Program-made: the position numbers and the translations under genes
In this document: in pieces, positions 24,120-37,812 of the stretch
How the letters are laid out: each line of letters starts with the position of its first letter
Position numbering within the stretch: the stretch's first letter is position 1
The notes under the pieces: model-generated
Told to the model about the DNA's origin: nothing
Database searches by the model: none
What the model saw: the letters and a program-made list of their open reading frames with translations, nothing else
Assembly: GCF_001194135.2 (NCBI RefSeq)
Contig: NC_068982.1
Location: forward strand, 96,278,640-96,342,639
DNA length: 64,000 bases
Reading direction: 5' to 3'
DNA from: Octopus bimaculoides
Lineage: Eukaryota

Positions 24120-24217
24120 CGTTGTGACTGGCCTAATTGCACCAACTAAGCAATAGTGTTACGGTGACGTCACTATCATGGCAGCAACACCACTCTGGCT
24201 CGGAAGTGAAGGTAAGG
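24120..24217 (+). promoter_or_regulatory. Candidate promoter and first exon (CRE, ETS-like site, ATG, 5' splice site)
   Basis: TGACGTCA at 24165-24172, atcATGGcagc at 24178, CGGAAGTG at 24201, G|GTAAGG donor at 24212, inside a CpG-retaining domain. Confidence 0.45.
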
Positions 24218-25767
24218 CTTTCACCAAAGTTTTTCTCCTTTTTATATTTACAAAAAACTTTTATACGAAAGAGCCGGTGGAGATAGAATGCTACGTAACT
24301 TTTTTGCAGTCTCTTATGAATAGTTTCACTTTCTTTAAAGTAGGAAAATAGCGTTAGAAATCGATGTTGTCAAAAAGCAAAAAAAAAAGAAAAATTCCTG
24401 TTGTTATTCTCAGGAATGTAAAGTTTTAAGTTATCACACGCATATATCATGGACTCATAACAAACACGTAGTCTTAGACACATTGTCACTAACATGCACT
24501 CGCCTTTATTAATAACTTTCATCTGAATCTTGTAATATGTCATTTGTTCTCTTCCGCCCTAATCAAAGTTAGAATAGTTTCCCTTATAAAATTGCACTGG
24601 AATGATGTAACAGAACTCCAACACAACCATCTAAAGATGCGTTGTGTGTTTGAAGTGTCTCGTTAACTAATTCTCTTTATAATCATTTTAACAGGTTGTT
24701 AATTAAAGATCCGCTTTAGAATTTATATGAGACGGTAAAGTGGGAAAATCGTTTGATTTTTATTAATATTATTTTTTTGTTAGAAAAGGAAATATCAGTA
24801 AATATGTCTATTAAGTTTGTCGATGGGGCATAGTAAAGAAAGAAAAACTAGCTAAGATTAATTTGTATTGGCATGCTAAAATAAAATTTAGGGGATTAAT
24901 TTCTAGACACTGAATCTCAGAAATTATGATTATTATTTCACATTAGTGTTACACACTTAGTAGGAAGCGTGAATGTCATAATTTGTCATTTACACGCTTC
25001 CCGAAAAGCTTCATAAACTTTTACGCTAAGTTTGAAAACATTTCGATACACCTATTAGATTTATAACAAATGAGCAATTTTGCGATTGATGTAAAGAAAA
25101 AAACATAAAATCTTCTCAGCGTTTTCTTTTTCGCCTCAAGGGCAGCATAAAACATAGTAATATTGTTAAAGATTGTAATTATTTGCAAGTTATTTTTCTG
25201 TTGCCATAAAAGCTCAAGACAGATTAATAAACTTTTTACAAATGAAAATTAACTAAAATAAAAAGGAAAAATAGTTAAAACGATATGTTAAATATTTTTG
25301 CTACATAATTTAAGTGAGTGAAAATGTGTATATATTAATATATAATAAACTAGGTTGATATTTATAAATTTTATTATACGTCATTACATATTCATTATAA
25401 TCTATTTATGAGGATAGTCAATTCAGAAAGATAATTGATAGTTTTAATGATTACTTTATTAACGTAAGAGTATTATATTATTAATATCCCACAAGTCGAA
25501 ATGATGAAATTTGTTACAATCATCATCATTATTATTTAGTTGTAATACGACCGCGTGTTTGAAGATCTCTGTTAGAAGTTAATTTTACTCAATAATTGAC
25601 AGGTCTAAATATTGATGAAGAAACTTATACAACTTCACGCAATACACACTATATTCATTTGCGCTTTATAAATGAATTCATAGATCCACACGACCATTTG
25701 AAACAGATGCTTCAATATTTGTGATAATTTCACATTAATATCAGTATTTTACAAATAATTTTACTTT

Positions 25768-25905
25768 CTGAATTCAAATTCCGCCGAGGTCGACTTTGCC
25801 TTTCATCCTTTCGGGGTCGATACAATAAGTACCACTTTAGCAATGGGGTCGATGTAATCGACTTGCCTTTTCCTCCGAAATTGTTGGTCTTGTACCAAAA
25901 TTTGA
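25768..25905 (+). mobile_element. Family-3 SINE fragment (CpGs intact)
   Basis: aaattccgccgaggtcgactttgcctttcatcctttcggggtcgat. Confidence 0.75.
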
Positions 25906-27269
25906 AACCAATATTTTACAAAATATTTATAGTGAAGATGATAGGAATTACGTGACACTTATGTCTTTCGCGATGACTTTAGTTAATTTACTCTAAGCAG
26001 GATTCGCAATAATTTGTGGATTCGATCCACTGAGACTAAACTAACTCTTATTGCATTCTTAGAATATAAAGTTCTTCCATACGTACAAAACTGAAAATTT
26101 GTCGTGGAACATGGAACGATACACTCGAGGGGTTGTTTAATATATTGTTATTTATTGAAAAATGAATTTACATAATACAAGTGTTGAGCGTCGTAGAACA
26201 AGAAGTATGCGACCGGCAAACATTGTAATTTCAGTCCGCTGGTGAATACACTGCTAATGCTCTCAGGATCGGTACGAACATCTCTCTTTCACTTAAAAGG
26301 CAGAAGCTTTGGGCCTAGTCAAAAGGAAATTAGTATTACGAATCAACAACGCGATTACTTCGCAGATGCTCAACAATTAGCATATAATATCACCCTTCGA
26401 CATTCTTGAGTTCAACTTTAGGATAACTTCAATTGCATTCTTTCGGTGTTGATTTTTTTCTTTACTCGATAACATCCCAAGCAATGTCTGTAGGCCACTT
26501 CTAGAAAAAAAGGGTTAAGAGAAAAGTGAGAGTGGTTTTAATGCCCTTGATAAAATCAAATTATAGTACATTCGATAAATTCAGACGACTACACCCCAGC
26601 TGTATGTATGTATATGTAGCATGGCCGCAGTCAAATGACTAAAGCAAAAGAATATATATGAATATATATGCAACAAGTAAAAGAATATATATTCGAGCGA
26701 GTTCGAAAATATATATATATATATATATATATATAAAGAGAGAGAGAGAGAGAGAGATAAAGTTGTCCTCGTGCTTCTGTAAGAAACAAAAATATAGTCT
26801 TACAAACTATTGTATGTAAAGTACATGAATTGGCTAACAGGTGAACTTAGATGAAAAGACTGTACCTAAGTTCTACATGCATCGAAATGCGGAAAATTTC
26901 GGGTTGAAAATACATTGGTGTATCCATGTAAATGTAATTCACTCTTTTCCAATAAGAACATGTATAAACTACATTTAAATAATCTTTTTGATTCCTCTAC
27001 ACCACCCGCACCATCCCTGCCTCTACCCGTGTGCATTACTAAATACACACACACACACACTCAGCTTCATACTCCCGCCTTCAGAAATCTGGGTAAACAA
27101 TTGCATAAACCAACAAACTTGGACTTAGGATACAAGAGGAATTAAAAAATAAAAGCGCATGCTCTGCATTATTTAGTCTCGACCATCTACGTATCGAGTT
27201 CAAATCCTATCGAAGTTGATTTAATCGCTTGGATACACATTCGGTCAAATTTGTGGTAGAATCATTAAC

Positions 27270-27632
27270 ACACCGGTCAAAATTCTTAGCGGCATTTTGC
27301 CCGTCTTTACGTTCTGAATTTAAATTCCGCCGAGGTCAACTTGATTTTTCATCATTTCGGGGTCAGTAAAATGAGAAACCAGTTGAGCACTGAGATCAGT
27401 GTTATCGACTAATCCTCTGCCCTCAAATTTCAGGCCTTCCGAAAATAGCAAAAAGGATTGCTAGTGTCACTTAGATTGTACTCTAATGTTTATACTTATT
27501 TGATTCTTGCAGTAAAACAAAGAAACCCTTATTAATATTATGTTTGAGGCGGCGAGCTGGCACAGTTGTTAGCACGCTGGACGTTCAAATTCTGCCGAGG
27601 TCGACTTTGCCTTTCATCCTTTCGGTGTCAAT
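27270..27632 (+). mobile_element. Two family-3 SINE copies
   Basis: Same core at 27320-27360 and 27590-27630; second copy runs into a gap. Confidence 0.7.
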
Positions 27633-27678
27633 NNNNNNNNNNTGTAACAAAAATTTGAAATAATAATTATTTTATTAG

Positions 27679-27786
27679 TCAGCAACTTTCTGTCCCACAT
27701 GTCTCCTCTTGTCCGGCCTGTTTAATTTTGTCAAATTCCTGGAATAGGTATGACAAGAGGAGACACGTGGGACAGAAGGTCGTTGA
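27679..27786. repeat. ~108-nt foldback hairpin
   Basis: 35-bp arms tcagcaactttctgtcccacatgtctcctcttgtc / gacaagaggagacacgtgggacagaaggtcgttga, with further pairing in the spacer. Confidence 0.85.
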
Positions 27787-28989
27787 AGAGGTCGCAAACA
27801 AGCTAATTATAATAATAATAATAGTAATAAAGCTAAAGTGAAAATCAAATAATGCATGTTTAATCGGCAAAAGATTACCATCCCTAAGTATAATAGTATT
27901 CTTTGATGTTTATACATCAATTCTTCCCCCCTCTCTCTCTTCTACATGTATATTTTATTGGCTTGATCAGTGGTCGTCAAAGGGGGTCCGAGGAACCCCT
28001 TAGAGGTCGGCGAGGAATTACAGGGAGTCGATGATAGCCAAGGGGTTGAATGGGGGTCGGCGTACGAAAGACCAGCTCACCCAGCTGAACTGTTTGAAAT
28101 ACTTAGCGCCAAGCTCATCCCTCACATTGATTTTGTCAATTCCAATGAAAGATATTCCAGCAATATGATGCGTGTTTTTTACATTTTTTAACCATGAAAA
28201 CAATTTCATAAAAATTGAAAATTTAATACTGTATACTCGTACATATAGTTTTAGATGTAAAAAGCGTGTCATCTTCAATAGAATTTCTTAATTTGTCGTA
28301 CGTGTATATTTTAGCTAACATTTTAATTGCCAGCATCAGTACACGGTACGCATTTAAGATATGGTGTGGTAGGGTAGGGTATTAAGATATTTTGAATGAG
28401 GAGGGTGGTCAATGTAGAAGGAAAAGTGGCTAAAGGAGGTCGAAAATGTTTGGTGACCCCTGTCCTAGGCCTTTGTGACCTCTTAAACCGATATGGTGTG
28501 AGTGTACAATTATGGGAGATCGGAAAAAACGCAAAAAAAAAAAATACCGAACAAAAAACACCACTACCAACAATGTGTCGCGGGATTCTGAAGTTTATAT
28601 AATTAGATAGATACACTAACAAGACAAGTACGAAGAAAGCACACATACATTGCGTCAAAGAAGACACTCACCACTTCTCAACTACTCAACTATTTATCTA
28701 AAACAAACATCCGAAGTAGTTTCTTTTTTGTGCTCAGACTAAAAAAAAAATGGCTTTAAACTTGGAGTGGGTTGATTATTTATATTTTACAGTTAACAAC
28801 CACCACCACAAGCAACTCGATGTCGAAATGTTCAAATATTTGTGTTGTCTCTGTGACACAGCTTTTTCTTTTTCTTTCCAAAACAATCTATACACACAAT
28901 ATGTTTGTGTGCGTATATTATACGAATACATGTGTATCATTTAATGTATGTATATGTATTTTTTTTTATATATACTAATTAATTGGAGG

Positions 28990-30620
28990 ATCATCCAAGA
29001 TCGTTCCAGGCTCTCCTAGGCTGTTATGATCGATGTTGGTTGATGTCAGTGTGAAATACCGAAGGACCTTGACGGTAGGGAGAACATTTCAGAGGGCTAT
29101 TGATGGAGTGATTAGGAAAATGTTTACCGTGGAGTTTGTAGGATGAGAGATTGGCGCATCGAGTGTGCTTGAGATGAAGTAGAATGCAATTAGTTCATAT
29201 GAGCTGAGACTGCTGTGAGAGTATAAACAAATTGTGCACCTGTGGGCAAGGGAACAATAACTTGTTGGTTAAAGTTTTTTTTTTCTTTTACGGAAATGGT
29301 CGAGGATGTTTGTGTAGCAGAAGCACTGACCTAGATGTGTGAGTTCACTAATGTGGGTCACACTCGAGATGTGTTGAGGTCCTCCAAATGATCTAGAATG
29401 AAGTATTTTTATTCTTTGAAAAGGAAACCTAGTGTTTGGAATGTAGTTTTGGAAATGTGTTAAGTTGCCACGGAAGATGAGAGGTTCTCATAGCAAACAC
29501 AGTCGAAGGCATTGTTTTGATGTGTACGCCAATAACATTGCTTCCGTCAAAATCACTTGTGATGTAAGATAGCAAGTTTCTTTTGGATGTAAGTGGATGG
29601 AAGTTACATCGGCGGTCGTCATTAGAAAGAGAGGGGGGGAGTAGTAATTTATCCCTTTTTCTATCACCTTTGAGATTTTGCTTATGATTTTAATAGCTAG
29701 AGCCAGTGATTGACTTTTTCGGGTAATGGAACACTTGCGTTTCCATACATTGGGATAGGTGACCGTAAAAAAGTTTGAGTAATTTGTTGAGGAGGATAAA
29801 ATCTAGCTCCGAAGAAAAAGAACAACATCAGGACCTGTTGCCTTGTTTGCTTGGAAGATCGAAGTTTTTGCACTGAGTAACTGTGTGTCTATGTCTTGGT
29901 GAGACAGGTGGAGAAGGAAAGATTGGAAAGTTTTTTTGTTTTTTTTTGTATAACTTAATGTGGAGTTGGAAGCAAAAGAGGCGGTAGTAGGGTGGCTTTA
30001 TCAGCAGGAGTGCTAATAGAGCCATCTTAGAGGAGTGATGAAGAGAAATATTCTGCAAGGGGTATTATTGAGAGGCGAAAAAACTTATGAAGGTATCTTC
30101 TGCTTTTCTGATGGCACTCTTCTAGGCATTAATGGGCAAACGAAGTAAATCATGTCCAGCAAATAAATTATGTTAAAAGTTAAATGAACGTGAGTTGCTT
30201 CATTTATTATACACGCAGTCAGCTAGACTACACGACGATGGTCAGCAACACCATGCACATCCAACGTCACAATCCCGCAACAACGTTTACATCTTCGCGA
30301 CAGGCTCACATCGTAAAGCAGTGATCAGATGATCCTATGATGGGACGGATGAATGGTTGGAGAAAGGCTGAGTTTGGAGGTTCGAAAGAAGACTTGAATT
30401 GCGTCGGTCAGGAAGTTAACTTATGCAGACAGTTAAGAATCGTAAACGATCCTGTTTCTGCGGTCAGTATGGGTGGGTGGATGTGCAGGTGCTAAGAGGA
30501 ATTGTGTGCTTTGGAATTGCTGAACTCTTCAAAAGAGAGGGCGGTTATATATCTCCAGGAGGTAAACGATGAACTGTTGGTGGGATGATTTCGAAGAGAG
30601 GTGTGTAATGAGAGTGGCTT
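28990..30620 (-). mobile_element. Highly decayed jockey/I-group LINE (endonuclease and RT remnants)
   Basis: Minus-strand IIGSSDH (30321-30341, APE C-terminus), LLSYIT...VIGVHIK/NAFDCV (RT, ~29500), GGPQ (~29380); many stops. Confidence 0.55.
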
Positions 30621-30764
30621 GCAAGTACTGCAGACACATTTCAAAGAAAGTCGAGGAAGAAGTGTCTACATGGTAATTCAGTCTGCTAAAAGTAGCGACT
30701 ACATTCCCTCAAATTACACTGTACCGTGTTTTAGAAATATGAAAGAGGATAAATTAGACGTGTA

Positions 30765-30801
<37 letters not shown>

Positions 30802-32059
30802 GTCTATCTATGTCAAGATAGTCACTGCTGGAACATACACACACACACACACATACATAATACACACATCGCGCGTCTTTACATATGTACATTTTTGATA
30901 TGAGTGCGTCAATTTGTATATGTTTAAGATATATACATGCAACTATACACGCCCTTCTCTTTCACTGTGTGTGTGTGCGCGCATGCTATATTAAGTAAGC
31001 AGTAATGTGACCAACTCAATGTACATGTACGTAGGTGGATGTATTTGTATGTATGTGTATTTAATGTGATCATAAAGTTGGCCAGTCCACTGTACCATAG
31101 TGTGTATACAATCTAGTATTCAGAATGTGTGTGTATGTATGTATAATATATAATGATGTTCAGAAAGTTAGGCAGACTGTCATTGAGAATGTGTGGGAGA
31201 CCTAACTTTATTATCTCACAAGCTTTACTCCTGCACGTGATTCCACGCACACAATCTCACGTTAGTCTTCTTTCTCGTTCTCTTGCTCTTTATCCCCTTG
31301 TCTGATTTTCCTTCTACACTTTTTTTGTTTTCTTTCTCTCTCAGTATCTTTAACCTTTTCTGATACTCTCTCATTCTGCGCCTGTCTATCTCGCCTTCTA
31401 GCTATTTATCGTTTCCCTCCTCTCAGTTTATCTTTCTCTGCAGGGCTTATCTTTTAGCCCTCCTCACTCTCTCTCTCTCTATCTTTTCGTTTGTTTTCTC
31501 ACTCCCTCCTTTCATTTCTCACATCCTCCATACTATTTATTTTGTATTACATTTTCCAATCATGTCACCTTCTTCTCGTTTTGTTTCTCTCTCCTTTATT
31601 GCTCTCTCTCCCCCTCTCTTTCTATTTATCTATCATTGCACCTCTTTTTCATTCTACCTCCTCCTTCTCCTATTCCTGTCTGTGTTTAATAAACTTTTCG
31701 TGATTTCTCATTGAGGAGCTTCTTGTCAACAAAGTTCTGCTACAGTTGACAATGAAAGGACGAGCAAGCAGACTTGCTCGTGCCGATTCATTTACTTGTC
31801 TCTGTGGGACAGCATGCCAGTTGTGTACAGTTTCTAATCCCGCTTCCTTCATTTTCTTGGAATATTCTCTTCACAATGACAAGATCACAACAGACATGAT
31901 CTGGATTCCTATACACCACATAGATCAGAAGCTGTGTCTATCTTGGGTTATTGTAACGCTAAATGTAGAAGAGACAAATAATTCCTAGGTGGGATACCTT
32001 TTCTTGACTTTACAGCCACAGCAACACTTTTTTTCGCGTGTGTAACTTTCTTCAGAAAA

Positions 32060-33010
32060 CTTTTCTGTGGCTGTGTGGTAAGAAGCCTGCTTCCCAACCA
32101 CATGGTTCCGGGTTCAGTCCCACTGCGTGGCACCTTGGGCAAGTGTCTTCTACTATAGCCTCGTGCCGACCAAAGCCTTGTGAGTGGATTTTGGTAGACG
32201 GAAACTACAAGAAGCCCGTCGTATATAGTCTTTTATTCATTTACTTGTTTCAGTCATCTGATTGCGGCCTTGCTGGAGCACCGCCTTAATGAGTTTTAGT
32301 CGAATAAATCGACCCTAGGACTTATTCTTTGTAAGTTCAGTACTTATTCTATTGGTCTCTTTTGCCGAACCGCTATATTACGGGGACATAAACACACCAG
32401 CATCGGTTGTCAAGCGATGGCGGAGGGACAAACACCCCTACCCTCACATACATACATACATATTTATATATACATTTTTATTCTCCCTCTGTTTATTTCC
32501 TCATGTTCCTTTCTGTTGAAGAGCGTAGGCTCGAAACGTAAAAGACTTTGTCACCTTCCCTAACGTTAAACTAATATACCTGTTTGTTGTTTATACACTT
32601 GTCTTTGTCTTTTGTTTTTCTGTAAATTTCAACTATATATATATATATATATATATACATATATATATAGACATGGCGGGGTTTTTACAGTCTACCAAAT
32701 CCACTCACAAGGCTGTGGTCAGTCCAAGGCTATAGTAGAAGACACTTGCCCAAGGTGCCACGCAGTGGGACTGAAGCCTGAACAATGTGGTTGGGAAGCA
32801 AGCTACCTATGCATGTGTGTGTGTGTCCCGCCATCACCGGTGTGTTTATGTCCCTGTAACTTAGCAGTTCGACAAAAGAGACTGATAGAATAAGTGCTAG
32901 GCTTACAAAGAATAAGTCCTGGGGTCAATTTCTTCAACTAAAAAAACCCTTTAGAATGGTGCTCCAGCATGACTGCAGCCAAATAACTGAAACAAGTAAA
33001 AGAATAAAAA
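32060..33010. mobile_element. Cluster of family-1 SINE pieces in both orientations
   Basis: Head ggctgtgtggtaagaagcctgcttcccaacc at 32070, tails at 32250-32430 (-) and 32830-33010 (+). Confidence 0.75.
32508..32545 (+). ncRNA. Minimal type I hammerhead-like motif in a Penelope-LTR-like repeat (32480-32635)
   Basis: ccttt CTGTTGA a gagc-gtag-gctc GAA acgt a aaaga: stem I ttt/aaa plus c-g, stem II, palindromic ACGT stem III; core variant A6U. Confidence 0.5.
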
Positions 33011-33226
33011 TAAAGAATAACTGCTAAAATAATTGAAATCAAGAGTTTTTCTTCCCTTTTCCAAGAGAAATAAGAAAACTATTGGGGGTCTGATGTCTGG
33101 TGCCTTAGCCAATGAATCATACAACTGATAGTGTTCATCAGAAATATCAGACTTGGTAAATTATCTCTGCTAACACTCAAATAGATTCTATCTCTTTCCA
33201 GTGTGTGTATGGAAAGAGAATTTAAC

Positions 33227-33304
33227 CTTATATACAAGCTGTAACACATTGTTAAGAACAACAAGTCTCCCTGATTCAATTCACCTCCTCCCAGAATCAT
33301 TAAA
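33227..33304 (-). CDS. Putative exon (LMILGGGELNQGDLLFLTMCYSLYI)
   Basis: Strong acceptor tttttatgatactttattgtag|, donor ag|gttaaa, phase 2-2; frame and 3' limit ambiguous. Confidence 0.3.
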
Positions 33305-34925
33305 CTACAATAAAGTATCATAAAAATATATATACTGGAGATATATAGAGGAGATGTGGTTGTGTGGTTAAGAAGCTTGCTTCTCAGCCTCATGGTCTTG
33401 GGTTCATCCCACTGCACAACACCTTGGACAAATGTTTTCTACTTTAGTCTCAAACTAACCAAAGCCTTGTGAGTGAATTTGGGTGACAGAATTGTGTGTG
33501 TGTGTGTGTGCCCTTTTAGACATCATGTGTTGGTTGTAAATGAGTATCATCTCCATACAAGTGTTGTTTATTTTCAATCTGTGAAAAACATGTCTGACCA
33601 TAGGGAAACAGGTGAGGGTTGACTGCAGAAGGGGTATCCAGCCATAGAAAATTTGCTTCAACAAATTCCATTTGACACATTGCAAGCATGGACAAATGGA
33701 TTTTAAATGATAATGATATACAACACATGATCATCAAATAAGTTCTTGGAAATTCTACATTTTCACAATTGATTAACTTTACAGTAACAGTCATTATAGG
33801 CATAGTCTTGGATGAAAGTGTATATACATCCTGTAATAAAATCACCTAATATACCACAAGAACACATTGAAATGTTTCAGTTGGCCTGCACAACTTAGGT
33901 CCTTTTACACAGCCCACAAAGTAAATCTAGAGGGACAGTGTGACTACGGGTTCCCCATTGAGACACATTCACTGCATCCTAGATGAATAAACAAGTTTTT
34001 CTTAAAAGCATTTTTTTTATATACCCAGGCCTATTCCCCATTTTTTTAGGAGAGGGTAGCCACAACAAGACACACACCAGGCATTCATTTCCCAGCTCAA
34101 AGAGGCAAGCCCTGTTCTATGCTCGGGTCAAGGCATAAAACACAACACCTAATATCAGTAGTGGGGCCTGACAGCATATGCTGGTTTACCCCTGCCACAT
34201 CTTGCTGGTTCTGTACCTCTTTGAGCAACATTAAAATTCACTCATCCGTCCACAAACACTCTCCAAGCTTTCCTATCATTTATAAACTCCCTTGCCTCTC
34301 TCACTCCAACACCTCTAACTACCAAAGCTTTCCTCACTCCATCCATCCATCCACACAAACCGAGTTCTGCCTCTGGTTCTGCTGCCTACCACTTCTGCTT
34401 TCATCACCCTCCTTACCATCTGCTCCTCATCTATTCTCTCCATGTGGCCAAACCACCTTAACATTCGTCTATCCATTTTGGTTGTTAAAAACATAACTAC
34501 ATTATTGAGATTATTTTGTCAGATGTAATGCATGTTATTTGCATTTTTTAAAATTATCATGCATTACGTCATGGCTTCAAGATTTCAAGGATGTGATTCT
34601 TTATAATAGAATGACATTGCAGGGTAGGTGTGAGAGGTCAGATCTGCCCAGTTTGAACATAAAACAAGTTGAAATTTGAGTCAGATACAGCTTGTTTAAA
34701 TGCTAAAGGGATATATATATATATATATATATANNNNNNNNNNNNNNNNNNNNNNNNNNNNNNNNNNNNNNNNNNNNNNNNNNNNNNNNNNNNNNNNNNN
34801 NNNNNNNNNNNNNNNNNNNNNNNNNNNNNNNNNNNNNNNNNNNNNNNNNNNNNNNNNNNNNNNNNNNNNNNNNNNNNNNNNNNNNNNNNNNNNNNNNNNN
34901 NNNNNNNNNNNNNNNNNNNNNNNNN

Positions 34926-34958
<33 letters not shown>

Positions 34959-35792
34959 ATATATATATATAGATAGATATGCATATATATCTTGCCGTTT
35001 TCAAGGAAGGTAATATTTCCCCATAGCCAGACAAGACATTATATATATATGTGTGTGTGTGTGAGAGAGAGAGAGAGAAAGCATATGTGTGTACATATAT
35101 ATGTGTGTGTGTGTGTGTGTGTGAGAGATTCGAATACTAGACATTTTCCATAAAATGTACATGTAAAGCTATGTGCTACAAAGCAACCTCCAAAATTCCT
35201 GGTCACCTTTGTTCTGACAAAACCAGTTGAAATAAGAAGAAATAAAGAAAACATTTTTATTAAGGATTACAAATCACAACTGAATAAGCTATAACAACAT
35301 TTCAGAGATATTAGACTACTGGAGTTCACATTCTCACACAATTCTATAGACAACCATATGCACAACTTAGTGTTACTCTCGTACATGCAAGTAAGCTGTT
35401 TCTCTATTTTTATGGCATAATCTGTCAACCTGTTGTTGATACTGTCACATGACCCATTCACTGGATTGACACAAACTTGACTTTTGGTGCATTTATTGTG
35501 CATACAGTCAAGTGACCTACTACATGGACATAACACACAATTGTTATTCATGCTCTCAAATGACACATTTACTTGACTAGTACAGCCTTAACATCTGAAG
35601 CAACTGTGATTGGATCACATGACTCTTTGCTCTCATGACCAATCAAATTCTACTAGTTAAGACAAACACAGCATAGTTACTATTTTTGAAAAATCATGAA
35701 ATTGTGAAACTGGTTAAGTAAATGTAAATACATAATTTTAAAGATTTCAAGTGCATTTTCAATTTTTTTTTATAAATATGAAGATGGTTTGA

Positions 35793-35824
<32 letters not shown>

Positions 35825-36150
35825 AAATTAAAAAGTCAATAAAAGAAAATGGAGAAGAAAAATTAAAAAGATGCTTGGTTCATTTTATTTGTATTACATT
35901 TCGAAAAGTAATGCAAATTAAAAGATTAAAAGATATGCCTATAAGAAAAAGTATAAAAGGAACTGGAACAAGTATTGTTTTGTTAATTAGTTCCTTCAAC
36001 TATAGGGATATCCTTCAGAGAAACATCCAAATTCTCTCCATTTTATCCAGCTGGATTTCAATATTAATATATATACTAAGATTTATAAGTATATTTATAT
36101 TTAAATATATATGTATAGATATTAATAATGTTCACATTTCATACATCTAT

Positions 36151-36189
<39 letters not shown>

Positions 36190-36882
36190 CATTTTAATAT
36201 CCACTTCTCCATGTTTGCATGGATCAAAGTTTATTGAGACTGATGAGTTTCTACAGCCAAATACCCTTCTTCTCACCAACCCTCAGCTGTTTCCAAGCAA
36301 GATAATATTTCTCCCATGGCCAGACATGATTTCATAGAATATTGGAAAGGAATGACACTTTTTATATGACAGTGATACTCATTTACAACTGTCATGCTCT
36401 GTCAAGACAAGGAGAAATACACATGCTTGCTTTATGTGTCACACAGTGGGACTGAAACCAGGTTAGAAGGCAAACTTCTTAACCATGCAACCACACCTGC
36501 ACTTGTGTGTGTGTGATGTGTGTGGTGCCCGTGCATGTATAATGTGTGAAGTCATATAGTCTAGCAGTTAGGGTGTTGGGCACTCAATCACGAGTTTGTT
36601 TCCTGGACATGCCAGCATGTTGTATCCTTGAACATCATACATAATTTCATGTTGCTCTGTTGCTCCAGTCTTCTCATCTGAAAGCATGTAATAGGTGATT
36701 GTTAGTGCATCTCTCTCCTCCTTCAACTGTTATGTCCTCAGTGTTTCAGTGGGTTAAGTTTCGAAGGGCCAAAAAGGTATCTGTGTCTGTCTGTAACTAT
36801 ATAGGACCCTAAAACAATTAGCGAAAGCATGGTGCAAGCTATCAAGTCGAACTTGCTTTGGTTGCTACACATATGTATGTAC

Positions 36883-36933
<51 letters not shown>

Positions 36934-37679
36934 NNNNNNNNNNNNNNNNNNNNNNNNNNNNNNNNNNNNNNNNNNNNNNNNNNNNNNNNNNNNNNNNNNN
37001 NNNNNNNNNNNNNNNNNNNNNNNNNNNNNNNNNNNNNNNNNNNNNNNNNNNNNNNNNNNNNNNNNNNNNNNNNNNNNNNNNNNNNNNNNNNNNNNNNNNN
37101 NNNNNNNNNNNNNNNNNNNNNNNNNNNNNNNNNNNNNNNNNNNNNNNNNNNNNNNNNNNNNNNNNNNNNNNNNNNNNNNNNNNNNNNNNNNNNNNNNNNN
37201 NNNNNNNNNNNNNNNNNNNNNNNNNNNNNNNNNNNNNNNNNNNNNNNNNNNNNNNNNNNNNNNNNNNNNNNNNNNNNNNNNNNNNNNNNNNNNNNNNNNN
37301 NNNNNNNNNNNNNNNNNNNNNNNNNNNNNNNNNNNNNNNNNNNNNNNNNNNNNNNNNNNNNNNNNNNNNNNNNNNNNNNNNNNNNNNNNNNNNNNNNNNN
37401 NNNNNNNNNNNNNNNNNNNNNNNNNNNNNNNNNNNNNNNNNNNNNNNNNNNNNNNNNNNNNNNNNNNNNNNNNNNNNNNNNNNNNNNNNNNNNNNNNNNN
37501 NNNNNNNNNNNNNNNNNNNNNNNNNNNNNNNNNNNNNNNNNNNNNNNNNNNNNNNNNNNNNNNNNNNNNNNNNNNNNNNNNNNNNNNNNNNNNNNNNNNN
37601 NNNNNNNNNNNNNNNNNNNNNNNNNNNNNNNNNNNNNNNNNNNNNNNNNNNNNNNNNNNNNNNNNNNNNNNNNNNNNNN
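36934..37679. other. Assembly gap (others: 18658-18808, 27633-27642, 34734-34925, 44171-44953, 49584-49593, 51083-51092, 55308-56111)
   Basis: N runs, several of the larger ones flanked by (TA)n. Confidence 0.99.
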
Positions 37680-37812
37680 TTTTTCTACATAAACAGAAAC
37701 ATATCTGTTGCTAAACAGATTTTAAAGTTTCAGTTACATGTAAATTAAGTCATATAATCTACTTAAAAGTCTATTGGCTTTTACTGTGTTGTTTCAGTAT
37801 GATAGAAATAAC

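Noticed and set aside
27968-28482. Possible hAT MITE from cagtggtcgtcaaa to tttggtgacccctg
   Set aside because: TIR match is imperfect and the 8-bp flanks do not match, so a single element is not supported.
33100-33304. Alternative frame FNDSGRR*IESGRLVVL... suggesting a selenocysteine TGA
   Set aside because: A stop-free frame exists for the same exon, no SECIS was identified, and there is no selenoprotein similarity.
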